DNA of 24,833 nucleotides from Azolla caroliniana. Lineage: Eukaryota; Plantae; Polypodiophyta. The notes below the pieces were generated by a model that saw nothing but the letters and a program-made list of their open reading frames with translations, was not told the origin of the DNA and searched no databases. Numbering within the stretch: the first letter of the stretch is position 1; every line of letters starts with the position of its first letter. Positions 10,462 through 20,606 of this stretch are shown here, in pieces. The position numbers were made by a program, and so were the translations under genes. Where the stretch lies: NCBI GenBank assembly GCA_043228905.1, contig JBHGNT010000450.1:1-24833 (forward strand), written 5' to 3'.

Positions 10462-10574
10462 CTTAAGAGGAGGTCGAGTGTGAGCTGCTACATGCTTCTA
10501 AAGACCTCCAGAGTTCTCAAAATTTGCTGAAGCAACCTTGAAGAGTTAAGAATCCTCGTCTGATCAGAATCCTC

Positions 10575-10874
10575 TCACACACTTGGAGCATCTGAGATGA
10601 TCTTAAATGTGCTGGCTTTTAGGAGCCAGGCTGTACTATCTGGTTGCGACACATTATATTTAAGGGGAGATTTTGAGCCATCTTCCAGTTCTACATAATA
10701 AATGAAAGGTAGCCGAAGAACAATAAAACTTTCAGGAGGAAGAACTATATTGCAACCCAAGCCGAACTGATTACTGCTAGCTTTTGCCTTTTGTTTAATT
10801 GCTTGAGAAATAGCCTCATCACCAAACTGTACTGTTGGGCATGCAGCTACGAGAAGTGGGAGTGGAGGTGTTAC
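10575..10874 (-). CDS. SMG8: SMG8 coding exon 4 (VTPPLP...APSV*)
   Basis: Acceptor actCAG|GTA at 10876-10875, after an 85-nt intron (10959..10875). TGA at 10577-10575. Confidence 0.85.
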   Translation of the reverse strand, partial: VTPPLPLLVAACPTVQFGDEAISQAIKQKAKASSNQFGLGCNIVLPPESFIVLRLPFIYYVELEDGSKSPLKYNVSQPDSTAWLLKASTFKIISDAPSV

Positions 10875-13800
10875 CTGAGTGTCATGTTTACAAAAAATTT
10901 TAAATGCAATCAAATATTCTCATGGACTTCTACAAAGTGAAAGTATTAAAAGGATTTACCAGAAAGATCCGCTGAAGCTGTGAGATATTTCCTGCAAAGG
11001 TGGGGCTGTTCTTTTTCCTTTTCTCAGGTGATTTACTACAGTATGGACAGGTCATGTAAAGAGGAAGGTTTGTATTCAGCAAGGTGTATCCCTCCCCAGA
11101 TCCATCATTCACAATCTTACAGGGAATGTTATCAGGTATCTCCATATTTGTACCTATCACATTAGCAGACAGCTTGAAAGGACTCTTTTCGCCTACAGCA
11201 ATATGATGAGTGCTCAGCAGCATTGCAGTCTCTGCATTTTGGAACATTTTTTGGCCGCTCTTGGAGCTTTCCATATCTTTAGTTTTATGTTGTTCAGAGT
11301 CAATACCTATTGAACCAAGTGCTTCAACTTGTTCTTGAGATAATAGAAATCGATGACCATGAGGGCATTCATGCTCAAAACCGAGATAAAGCAGTGCATG
11401 TTTAACTCCAACTGATCCAACCTCTTGGAATGTTTCATTTGCTATTGTGGAATGGGAAATTCCTGATGTGGACACGGAGGCAGAAACAGCCTTTTTCTCT
11501 TCAAAAATATTTTGCATTGCTGGAAGTGCATTCTGAGATTCCGGTAGCACTAATTGTTTTGTTGCTTCTTTCTTGTCTAAGGTTCCAACTTGTTTGCTGA
11601 CTCTCTGATGTAATTCCCGCTGCTGGAGAGGTGGGAATGCATATTCACCTTCAAAGTTGCTTTTGGCCACATCAGCAAAAAGTCTCCGGTCATCCCACGC
11701 CAAAGTGGAACCATATGGCTGTTTGTTCTCCAAGGTAATTGTTTTCTTAACCCCTTTGCTTTGCTTGTGTGAGTGCATATCAATCTCTCTGTGTGCCCCC
11801 CCTTTACCTTGTTCCAAAGCATCTAAAAAACTCAAAGTCCTGATCACGGGGTTAGAAGAATAGGAAAGATTTTCCTGCTGGTTAGTTTGTGGTGCTTGTA
11901 TGGGGAAAACAGTTGTCTCTTGCATTAGAGAAGCAGAGAAGTAGGATATAATCCAAGGTAAAAGATATTTCTTATTGTGACTAAAACCACTTTGAAGTAA
12001 TCCTGTTGATTTCTGGTAATATTTGGCACCCCCTAATCTAATCAAGCTCCATGCTGAACCACCCATGGGTCTGTTCCCTTCACAGTTAGGAACTATTAAT
12101 TTAGGGAGCAGGTCTTCACAATTGGGAAAATGAAAAAAAGTGGTGTTTGCACTCTCATATTCAAAAGGATCCTCCCGTAATCCCCTTGATCTGCCACATG
12201 CACAAGCATGGAGAAAAACCAACCCACTAGAGTGTGGCTTGGCATGGTTCATATCTGACTGATCTAGAGTCTTACCCTCATTTTCCATTGTCTGTAAAAC
12301 ATCATGTACCCTATGAATGCAAGGTCTACCAGTAAGGCTTATAGCATCACAGAGTTGTCTTCCAGATTTCCAAATTATTTCACATTCTTCTATTAATTTC
12401 TTCATATATGAGGGCACTGCTGGACCCCTCACCATTGTCTGGAATATGCGTAGAGCTTTCTGAAGGTGAGATTGATGAAGAATTGTTGTATAGCATGGAG
12501 GTAGGGCCTTTGAGTATATAGCAAGTGCCGATGGGAACATCCGCTTGCACCAATCCGCTGAAAATTTCATGTCAAGTTCAGTTCCACTTTCTAAAGAACC
12601 CAGTGTTACTCCCAATGCATCTTTACCTTGAACAGATGTATTGGGCTCTGAAGTTCCTCTTCGAGATCCGGTAGTGACTCTAATTGATATAATTTTCTTG
12701 GCATCCTTCAGCAAACTAGCTTCTCCAGCAATAAGTCCCTCAATCAGAATGTGACAAGCTGATAGCCAGTTGGACATGCTCGGAAGCTCAGGAGGGTTAC
12801 CTAAGGGTTTAAAAGCTCCACTTGATCCTCCAAATCCTCCGGCAGCAGCTGATGCAGCAGCAGCCGCTGCTGCAGCTGCAACCATTCCAACCCCCATAGA
12901 GCTGCCAGTGGAGTTGCTTAGGCTGCCTCCTCTCCCCCTCAAAATCTCTCCTTGCTTCCAAATAAAGTCCTTAATTGCTTGGATATCTTCACCGCCATTT
13001 CCTGTTAGTCCTGCCAGGGCATTGTCTGCAACATCCTTGCCACTCAACATATCATTCATTACACCCATGGCAGCTTCAAGCGAATCTCCCTGAAGATTCG
13101 AAGCCTTGTTAAGAAGACAAGCTACTCGCATCGTATCGAGTACAAAGAGTGATGATCCGCCCAATGTTCCTGAAGAAGCTCCAATGTTACTCCCTGGACC
13201 CCTTGGCCCAACCCCCGAGCCTCCAGTGGCAAGACTGTCACCAGAGCCTGCTAAGATCTTGCATTTCTTCACCAAGTATCGAATCTGAGCCTCTAGAGAT
13301 GATTGGAGTTTTTTCCGCAATCCTCCCTCTGTTTTGCTGGTTGCCCTTGCCAACATCACCACTGGATTTGAACCTTTCAGTTGGACTGTTTGCCTGGAAG
13401 TAAATATTGGCCCTCCTACTGGTGAAACTACTTGTGTAGCTGTGTCATGGTGGGAACTTACTGTCACATCACTAAAATCTTCAAGAAATACAAACAGCAA
13501 CACAGGTGTGCACTGCCCAGGAAAAAATGAAGGGGCTGAACCAGACATTAGGGCAATGGTAGATGTACTTCTCACTGACCCACCAGCTCTTCCTGCGGAT
13601 TGACCTATAGAGCTTGATGAGGACTTTATAGAACTTCTCTCCAATGGAGAACCAGCAGGATGTACACCTGTAAGAACATATACATTCATAAGTCAGGAAA
13701 ATGTATGATATATTATTCGTGAAAAAAAAAAGAAAATGTATAAAATAAAGTGAAATGGCAGAAGTGAAAGCAAAGGGATATTTATATTCGTAAGCCCAGA

Positions 13801-15944
13801 ATAGTGTATGCTATCCATTTAAGTGATAAAAGAAAAGGAAAAGGTTTATCGAATAAAGCAAAACAGCCGAAGAAAAGAGCAAAATGAAAATCAACACAGA
13901 AAAGCAATAACAAAAATCAACTAATCTAAGTGCAATGAAAAAACCTTAGACGGGAAATAACAAAGCAAACAATGTATCGCCGTAAAAAAACAAGTACTCA
14001 TTTAACTAAAAAAACAAGTACTCATTTAACTAAGTAATTAGGCAAACCTAGTAATAAACCATAAAGTGCATAAAAGCTAGAGAGTCTATTAACTATAAGA
14101 GCCTCCCAAACTAAAGCTCAACAATATAAGAGCCAGCATAGTGAAGCCCATCATTTTTCTATAGTGGTGGGGAAAGCTCTGCCAGATACAATTTGGAAAT
14201 AGAAATCTAAATTGTTGGTACAAATGTTCAAATAAGAAAACAAAACGATGTCATAAATGAAAAAATGTATGCAAGCAATCCAACCAAATGGCATCAATGA
14301 TATATGCAAGAATTATTGAATAAAATAGAATGTTTTCATCTCCAAGTAAAGGGATTAGATTCCTCTAACAAGTATTACGACAAGCATCAACTATTTAAAT
14401 AACGAGTTAGCATTAGATACAGCATCTTCAAGTGAAAATATTATACTTCTCTAAAACACATTGTCATCACTATCAAATCTTTAGCATTCCTAATGACAAT
14501 ATTACATCAAATAAGAAATACGGAGCATATGAGAACTTCCTCCTCCATCAGACTTTCCCTTGAATTGATTTACTTCTACATTTTCCATGACTGCCACTGA
14601 TCAACCATATAACCGAGGGATTGTATCCCAGATGAAGAACCGACAAAGCCTAATTTAGCTAAAGCTGAAGAATAAGAGAGTACCTTTTTCAAATATGAGC
14701 TTGAAGAATAAAATCTAATTCCAGCTGAGACTCTAACTATCATATAGGAAAATAACTTAAAGCTCATTGATAGTCGGTGAAAAAACCTGGAAAAACATGT
14801 GTTTGGAGAAAGACAATAAAAATATTTCAATTAAGGATTTGAAGCAAGAACCTGGAAGAACATGTGTTTTTACAAAAGGAGCTAGTGAATGCTTTGCATT
14901 TTGCAGAATTCGGAGGGTCCTTAGCAGATGTGTATCAACACGTCCATTCTCTTGAAGAAGGATGACCACATGACAGACCTATCATTGACCCAAAGCCCAA
15001 AATTAAAAATACATGTAGCTTACAAAATAGCATAAAAATGGAATCATGCTGCTTACTGAAAACATATACAAAAGACCTCGCAGTATATTTCTTTCACATT
15101 CTTCCATAGCATTAGGCAGGCCATCTATCCCAACACCTTTGCTGATTATCTCTGATGGGAGAGACCCCCATGCAAACTGAACATATACTAAGCCCTTCTC
15201 TTCATCATGATAGTACTTCAAGCGTTTTTGCATCCAGTCCAACCTCTTGAGAGCCTTAGGATTCTGCGAAACATTTGATTCTGTATCTAAAGCTCCTAAA
15301 ACTTTTCCTTGCTCACTTTGCAACACATGTTGCTGCTTTGGCCTCTCTGTTGCTAATGTATTAACCCGCTTGTTTAACGTACTGATATCATCTTCTTTAT
15401 TTAGAGCTTCAGGAAATATAAATGGAAACCTCGAACCAAAGATGTATGAATCTAAAATTCTGTCAAGAAGCTGAGAAGTATCTACTTCAGATCTTCCAAT
15501 CACTCCAACAACCACTATCCCATTGATGGGATACTCAATTGGAGGAGTATCTGTAGGTAGATGCCCCTGTTCTGAAGTTGACGGAAAGGCGGTATGAGTA
15601 TCATCAGGCAGAGCCACATTGGATGAGCTGGAGGATCCAGAGACTGAAGAGGAAGACAAGGATGATGCAGAGGATGTAAGGATGGTTATTTTCGCACCAG
15701 GATGTATAGTATTACTTGAGGGAAAACCTCTTCCAGAAGAAGCCGGATTCAAAAGTGGTGTTGATGGTAAAGGAGGAGGATAGCTAGGGGCATAGTTGAA
15801 GCTAGATGAAGATGATGGTGGTGTATAAGGGATAGATGAGGATGACAATGGGATGGAAGTGGATAATGATGAAGAGGCAGCCCCTGAAGATGATGATGGT
15901 GTTGAAGATGTTGAAGATCTAGATAGCACTCTTACACTCTCCAT
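10575..15944 (-). CDS. SMG8: Nonsense-mediated mRNA decay factor SMG8 (SMG1 kinase complex subunit), 4 coding exons, 4023 nt, about 1340 aa
   Basis: Exons 15944-15057, 14978-14852, 13667-10960 and 10874-10575 join through GT-AG introns in phases 0, 1, 0 to give one open frame. I recognise SMG8/9-family motifs: VVVGVIGRS, LLYMFSVCHVVILLQE...LRILQNAK, CTPVLLFVF, LEAQIRYL, CDAISLTGRPC, HSSG...ACACGRSR...DPF, GFEHECPHGHRF, LQRIFLVTP and LRLPFIY. Confidence 0.9.
10960..13667 (-). CDS. SMG8: SMG8 coding exon 3 (2708 nt)
   Basis: Acceptor ttaCAG|GT (AG 13669-13668, phase 1) and donor CTG|GTAAAT (GT 10959-10958). Matches the 919-aa ORF. Confidence 0.9.
13983..14033. repeat. Perfect 24-bp tandem duplication in SMG8 intron
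   Basis: taaaaaaacaagtactcatttaac occurs twice in tandem. Confidence 0.85.
14852..14978 (-). CDS. SMG8: SMG8 coding exon 2 (VCHVVILLQENGRVDTHLLRTLRILQNAKHSLAPFVKTHVLP-G)
   Basis: Acceptor gaTAG|GTC at 14980-14979 and donor CCAG|GTTCTT at 14851. It continues the conserved MFS-VCH motif. Confidence 0.85.
15057..15944 (-). CDS. SMG8: SMG8 coding exon 1 (Ser/Pro-rich N-terminus and start of the G-domain-like region)
   Basis: ATG at 15944 in strong context GGCATGG. Donor TCA|GTAAGC at 15056, followed by a 78-nt intron. Confidence 0.88.
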
Positions 15945-15963
15945 GCCTTGTGAAGCTTAGCAT
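15919..15963 (-). other. Upstream ORF overlapping the SMG8 start (MLSFTRHGECKSAI*)
   Basis: ATG at 15963-15961, 19 nt upstream of and out of frame with the main ATG. TAG ends at 15919. Confidence 0.55.
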
Positions 15964-16002
15964 TTACTTGAGTCAAGCTTTTCTTTACAGCCTTCACAGA
16001 GC

Positions 16003-17066
16003 CTAAAAAGAACAGAAAAATATATTAACATCTTTAAAGAGGCCAAACTGGCATATGATACCCAATAATGCAACAAAATGGCATTGATAGTAATGGAAAA
16101 AGGGAAGAAAATGGTATGTTAGTGTTGCTAATAAGGCCTTAGGTCGCCAATGAAACCCCAAACTTACATATATAGATTAATGACAAATTTCAGCCTTCTA
16201 CATAGTGCATATGTAATTATACAAAAATATGATGTCTCGTCCAAAGCTTTTTAAGCTGAAATTTTAGAAACACATTGTTATTGCATCAGCAAATAAGAAA
16301 TCTAGCATGGTACTGAAAGGGACTATCAAAGTTGTGTGATCAATCGTACAGACATATTAATCATGGCTGCTGTTGCTATGCTTTTTTGTCCGCATCTCAA
16401 TATGGCCAGCATACCAGAGCCCCAGAAATATGCTGTTTCTTTCTTTATGCAAAGGATATGGCACTTATGAATAGAGAAAGGTTCTAGAAGACTGTACAAT
16501 AGAATAGCTAGACGTTTATATGTATATATATATATATATATCCATTTCCAAGGTTGTTTTCACTGTTCAAGCAATGGCTATTCACACAAACCTAATGGGA
16601 ATATATCTATTATTCGTGGAAGTTATGAGCACACATTGCATAAATGTACTATAAATATGTCATCAGAAATCTTCAGCAGAAACATATAAAATTACAAAAC
16701 GGCTCCCTGATATATAGCTATTTAAAGTGGTAATGGCACACTGGAGGTATATAAATATATAACAGAAACTAGAAACCATAATGGCTGCAGCAGAACTATA
16801 TAAGAGGTACAAACCGAAATAAAAAAAAAGGTATAAAGTATGTCTGCTTTCGGCTCAAACGTTGAGTAATCTATACCAGAACATCACTACAAGTTCAATT
16901 CATGAGCTTAACACACCGTATGACTGGAGGATTTGGGATATTCCCTGCTTTTGTGTTCTCTAATACAACACAAAATTATCTACGTATATATATATGCATG
17001 TGTGTAACTATGTACGTATTTCATATCTCTCAGAGGTCATTCGTAGAGAAATGTTTTTTTTTTTAC
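16003..17066 (-). other. SMG8: Predicted 5'UTR intron of SMG8 (1064 nt)
   Basis: Donor GAG|GTAAAA (GT 17066-17065) and acceptor tttttctgttcttttTAG|G (AG 16004-16003). Confidence 0.6.
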
Positions 17067-17180
17067 CTCTGGAAGATCTCCTCTGCGCGCGACCTTCTTC
17101 TTCTTCTTCTTCTTCTTCTTCTTCTTCTGCGTGACGCTGCAGAGTTCAGATATGCTGTTTGTGGGAGAGTTATATGAATG
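17067..17180 (-). promoter_or_regulatory. Putative SMG8 first non-coding exon / core promoter with (GAA)11 microsatellite
   Basis: Locally CpG-rich patch (gcgcgcgacc, gcgtgacgc) with (CTT)11 at 17094-17126, next to the predicted donor. The TSS position is approximate. Confidence 0.45.
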
Positions 17181-17299
17181 GACCTCTACTCTTGATAAAT
17201 TGCAAAAATAGCCTCTATGGTTTCAACGCCCTCCAAGGCTCAAGCGTCTTCATAAGATTGTATAGCCCTCCTATTTCTCAAAACAAGTTATATCCTATG

Positions 17300-17583
17300 T
17301 AGTACATATGTAGGGAGAGAGACGTCCTATAAAGCCGCTAGAAAACCCAAATATGCACTTGAGGAAATGATCCCACATATCTATGTAGAGAGAAGGATGT
17401 CTTGTAAAGCTGCTAGAAAACCCCAATATGCGCTTGAGGAAATGATCCCACATGTTTATGTAAAGAGAGAGACGTCATGTCAAGCCGCAAGAAAACCCGG
17501 ATATGCACTTGAGGAAATGATCCCAAAAATACGTCCTGTAAAGCCCCTAGAAAACCGGAATATGCACTTGAGGAAATGATCCC
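17300..17583. repeat. Minisatellite, 75-bp unit, about 3.8 copies
   Basis: gaggaaatgatccc recurs at 17361, 17436, 17511 and 17570 (periods 75, 75, 59). Confidence 0.9.
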
Positions 17584-18179
17584 TGAATTCCACCTAAGAA
17601 TGCCTTTGAACTTCTTCACACAAGCTTACACCCCATGTCTACTATCAAGCATAAAAGCATTACACATATATCCAATTGTGTTGTAGTCCCCAACATTGTA
17701 ATTTTTGGAACAATATTTCTAACTTGTCATTCGGACCATTTTGAACATGTTGAGAAAAAAACCATTGTTTAATGCCAAATAACAATGGGTTAAAACCTGC
17801 CAAAGGTCTGATAAGTACTTCCAAATTATAAGAGCTATAGGACATTTAACGAACCTATGTGCAAAATAAGCACGTACTTGACCCTAGTTCCCGTGTCTTT
17901 AAGGTTGAACCTAATGGGAGCCCACCAATCATGACTCTCCATATGAAAAACTTTGCATGAAATGGAAAATAGGAATGTTAACCACGTTGCAAATTTCGCT
18001 GCCACCTTGCATTTGACTTAATATATATATTTCACACATTTTCTGCTTTAGGTGATAACCAAGATAATGATGTCATTGCATAATATGATACAATATATTG
18101 ATAGGATCGTGATCGGCCACAACCGGTTATGCTCATGAATACGTGTTCGGGTGCAAAGAAAACATGCAAGGTAATGCTC

Positions 18180-19454
18180 TGACATAAGAGAACAAAAAAT
18201 GAGAAACATAGAAACGAGACGCTGATGTTTAACATGGAAAACCCGAATTGAGAAAAAACACGTTGTCATGAAGATCCGTCACTACGTACGGATCATGAGG
18301 CAGAACCGTCGGGGTTCTGGACAAGAAGGATTCAAAGTTTGCACTAGCTTTAGCGAAAAGTATTTAAGATAGATTAAGAGAGAGAGAGATTGAGATAAGA
18401 TAGAACGCTTGACTTTAGATTCAAAAAGATTGAAATGGAGAGAGAGATTAAGATTGAACCCTTTACTTTAGATTTGAGGAACAAGATACATCATCAATTG
18501 GATAATGATTTTATTCTCTTAATATTAATTTTGATATAAAGTACAAAGCTTGCTTGATTAATACCCAGCCAAAATGAGATTACAAGTTTTCTTATTTTTC
18601 CCCGATTTTACCTTAGTTTCATTTGCTTGATTCCTCCACTCTTTTATAGATGCCCCCATGCATATGGTGCATGTGAGGGTGCAAGACATGCACGTAATGC
18701 ATGCTTGCCATGTCATCATCTAAGTTCTCATGTATAAGAATTTATATGTTAAAGTATAATGATAAAAATATAGCTTCTAAGGAAATGCCTTGGCTCGCCG
18801 TCTCGGGCTCTGTTCGGTCGAGGTCTCCTCGGATCCATCTGGTTGCTGAAAACGTTTACAAGTAAGTTAAGGCCACACTCATTTATTCGCTTAGTTTAGT
18901 TCAAGTCACCTTAAACATTCGGATATCTCGTAGTTTTGTTTTTTTCTTCTTCTTCTTTGCAAACTTCATATCCATATAACTTGTCACTTAGTTGTCTGTT
19001 TCTTATGTGGTAAAGTGTATTCGAAAGCTCTTGAAGACCTCCATCTTTTTGTACCAAGATATTAAACTAGTATAAAATAGTATATTCACTATTATTGTTT
19101 TATGTTGTGTGTGAAGAAACACGCTCAATTTTGTACATTCCTCGCAATTTTCACACCGTTGCCGAAAATCTTCACAACAATGTAGAGTCCCCTAACTCCA
19201 AAACAGATCACTATAAGAGAGGAGGTACAAGAAAGAACTCAGAGGCAACAACCTCGAGATCGTGTTCGTCCATCTGACGGTTACAGAGTTACGCTCACAC
19301 GCTCTCTCTCTCACCGTTAACTTTCACAAATATACTTTTACTCTATGCCTACCATCCATCAACTACAAAAGCATTGCGCATATCCCAATTATGATGCAAT
19401 CCCCAATATCTGAGAAATAGGAAAACGATCTCCATCTCTGATTTTTGGGTCAAC
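18180..19454 (-). mobile_element. Copia-like LTR remnant (related to 4613..5233, opposite orientation), interrupted by a nested LTR
   Basis: ggaaaacccgaattgagaaaaaacacg (about 18236-18262) and cactataagagagg..tacaa (about 19209-19230) resemble the reverse complement of the U5 region of the 4613 LTR once 18264..19183 is removed. The outer boundaries are approximate. Confidence 0.5.
18264..19179. mobile_element. Solo LTR (916 bp) nested in the copia-like LTR
   Basis: Termini TGTCATGAAG...CTTCACAACA (8/10 inverted match, TG..CA). The flanks ACGT and ATGT fit a 4-bp TSD with one CpG transition. A TATA-like motif lies on the minus strand near 18642-18648. Confidence 0.6.
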
Positions 19455-19597
19455 CTATGTAAATTGTGCAAACACCCACTGTCTAGGCGTCAAATAACAC
19501 CGATGATAAAACTTACCGAATTTGAGAAATATAACTCCAAATTTGACAAGTAATCGGACATTGTATAAGTCGATGAGTGATATCTTCCATTTGAATA

Positions 19598-20606
19598 CAA
19601 TAACCATTCGGTTAAGTGTGTGCCCACTTAAGTGCACCATTCTATTAAGTGCGCTTTTTTATATAGGTCAAAATCCAAATCAAAAAATTTACATCGTTCA
19701 TGATGAAATTACATAAAATGAAATTCAAACTATGTTCCAAACATTCAAAAAACAATAAAAGAAAGGAGTTTCTAACAAAAAAAAGAAGTTAAAAGAATTT
19801 GTTACATGATGGTGGGTGGGGTCTCCTGGAAATGCACAAAGAGAAATGCAAGGAAAAAAAGAACCAAATTCCAGAATCGGTCTCTCCAGTCGTAGCGTTT
19901 GTGTGCGTGTTATGTGTTGTGTGTGTGTGTGTGTGTTTGTGAGTTGGTAATTTTGATTCTCGTTGAAGAAAATAAACTTTCCTACTTAACCCAATTATCC
20001 TTTTCCTTTTCCGTATTCATTCATTCTTAATTCTGTTTCTTTCTTTCTCTCCCTCCCTCACTTTCTTAATTTTCTTTCTTTCTCTCCATGTCTCCTCCCA
20101 CCGCCTCCTCCTCCTCCTCCTCTTCCCTCTCTTTCTCTTTTTGTGCATGTCGTTTATTTTCTTTTTGTTCCAACCTATGCTTTCTCCGTTGCAACTTGCT
20201 CCTCCTCTCTCTTTTCCGGTCTCCTCCATCTCCATATGTACTACGATTCCTCAAACCTCCCACCACTAAGAAGAGAATGCAATGAAAAATCTCATCATAT
20301 CCAAGGAAGTTCATTAGGTAGGCCTAGCAAAAAGGCAAGAACTCAAGGTAATATGGAATCAGGAAAAAGTGATATCCAACAAGAGTATGCTAAAACCATA
20401 AACATTTCAGGTCAATTATATCACATTAATCGATCACTTTTGTAATGAAGAAACATATGGTACGAACACAGAAGGAAAAAATTTAAAGAAACCCTAAATT
20501 TTTCAAAAAAGCCCAAAAATTTCCAGAAAACTCCTAAATGCATAGCTCGGTTAAGTGCACACTTCACCCCTGCGTTCAAAGTGTGAACTTAACCGAATGA
20601 TTACTA
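19598..20606. mobile_element. Non-autonomous Tc1/mariner (pogo-like) DNA transposon, about 1 kb
   Basis: 20-bp TIRs CAATAACCATTCGGTTAAGT and reverse complement TAGTAATCATTCGGTTAAGT (17/20, all transitions; consensus CAGTAAYC...). TA flanks both ends. A subterminal cggttaagtg copy lies near 20548. No transposase ORF. Confidence 0.7.

Noticed and set aside
12770-13603. Plus-strand ORFs within SMG8 exon 3
   Set aside because: These are antisense shadows of the SMG8 coding sequence.
14576-14830. 84-aa minus-strand ORF or possible cassette (poison) exon in SMG8 intron 2
   Set aside because: Exons 2 and 3 already join in frame, the candidate splice sites are weak, and the peptide has no recognisable similarity.
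20017-20445. Short K/R/E-rich or S/L-rich ORFs
   Set aside because: They are products of CT/CCT low-complexity sequence inside the TIR element.
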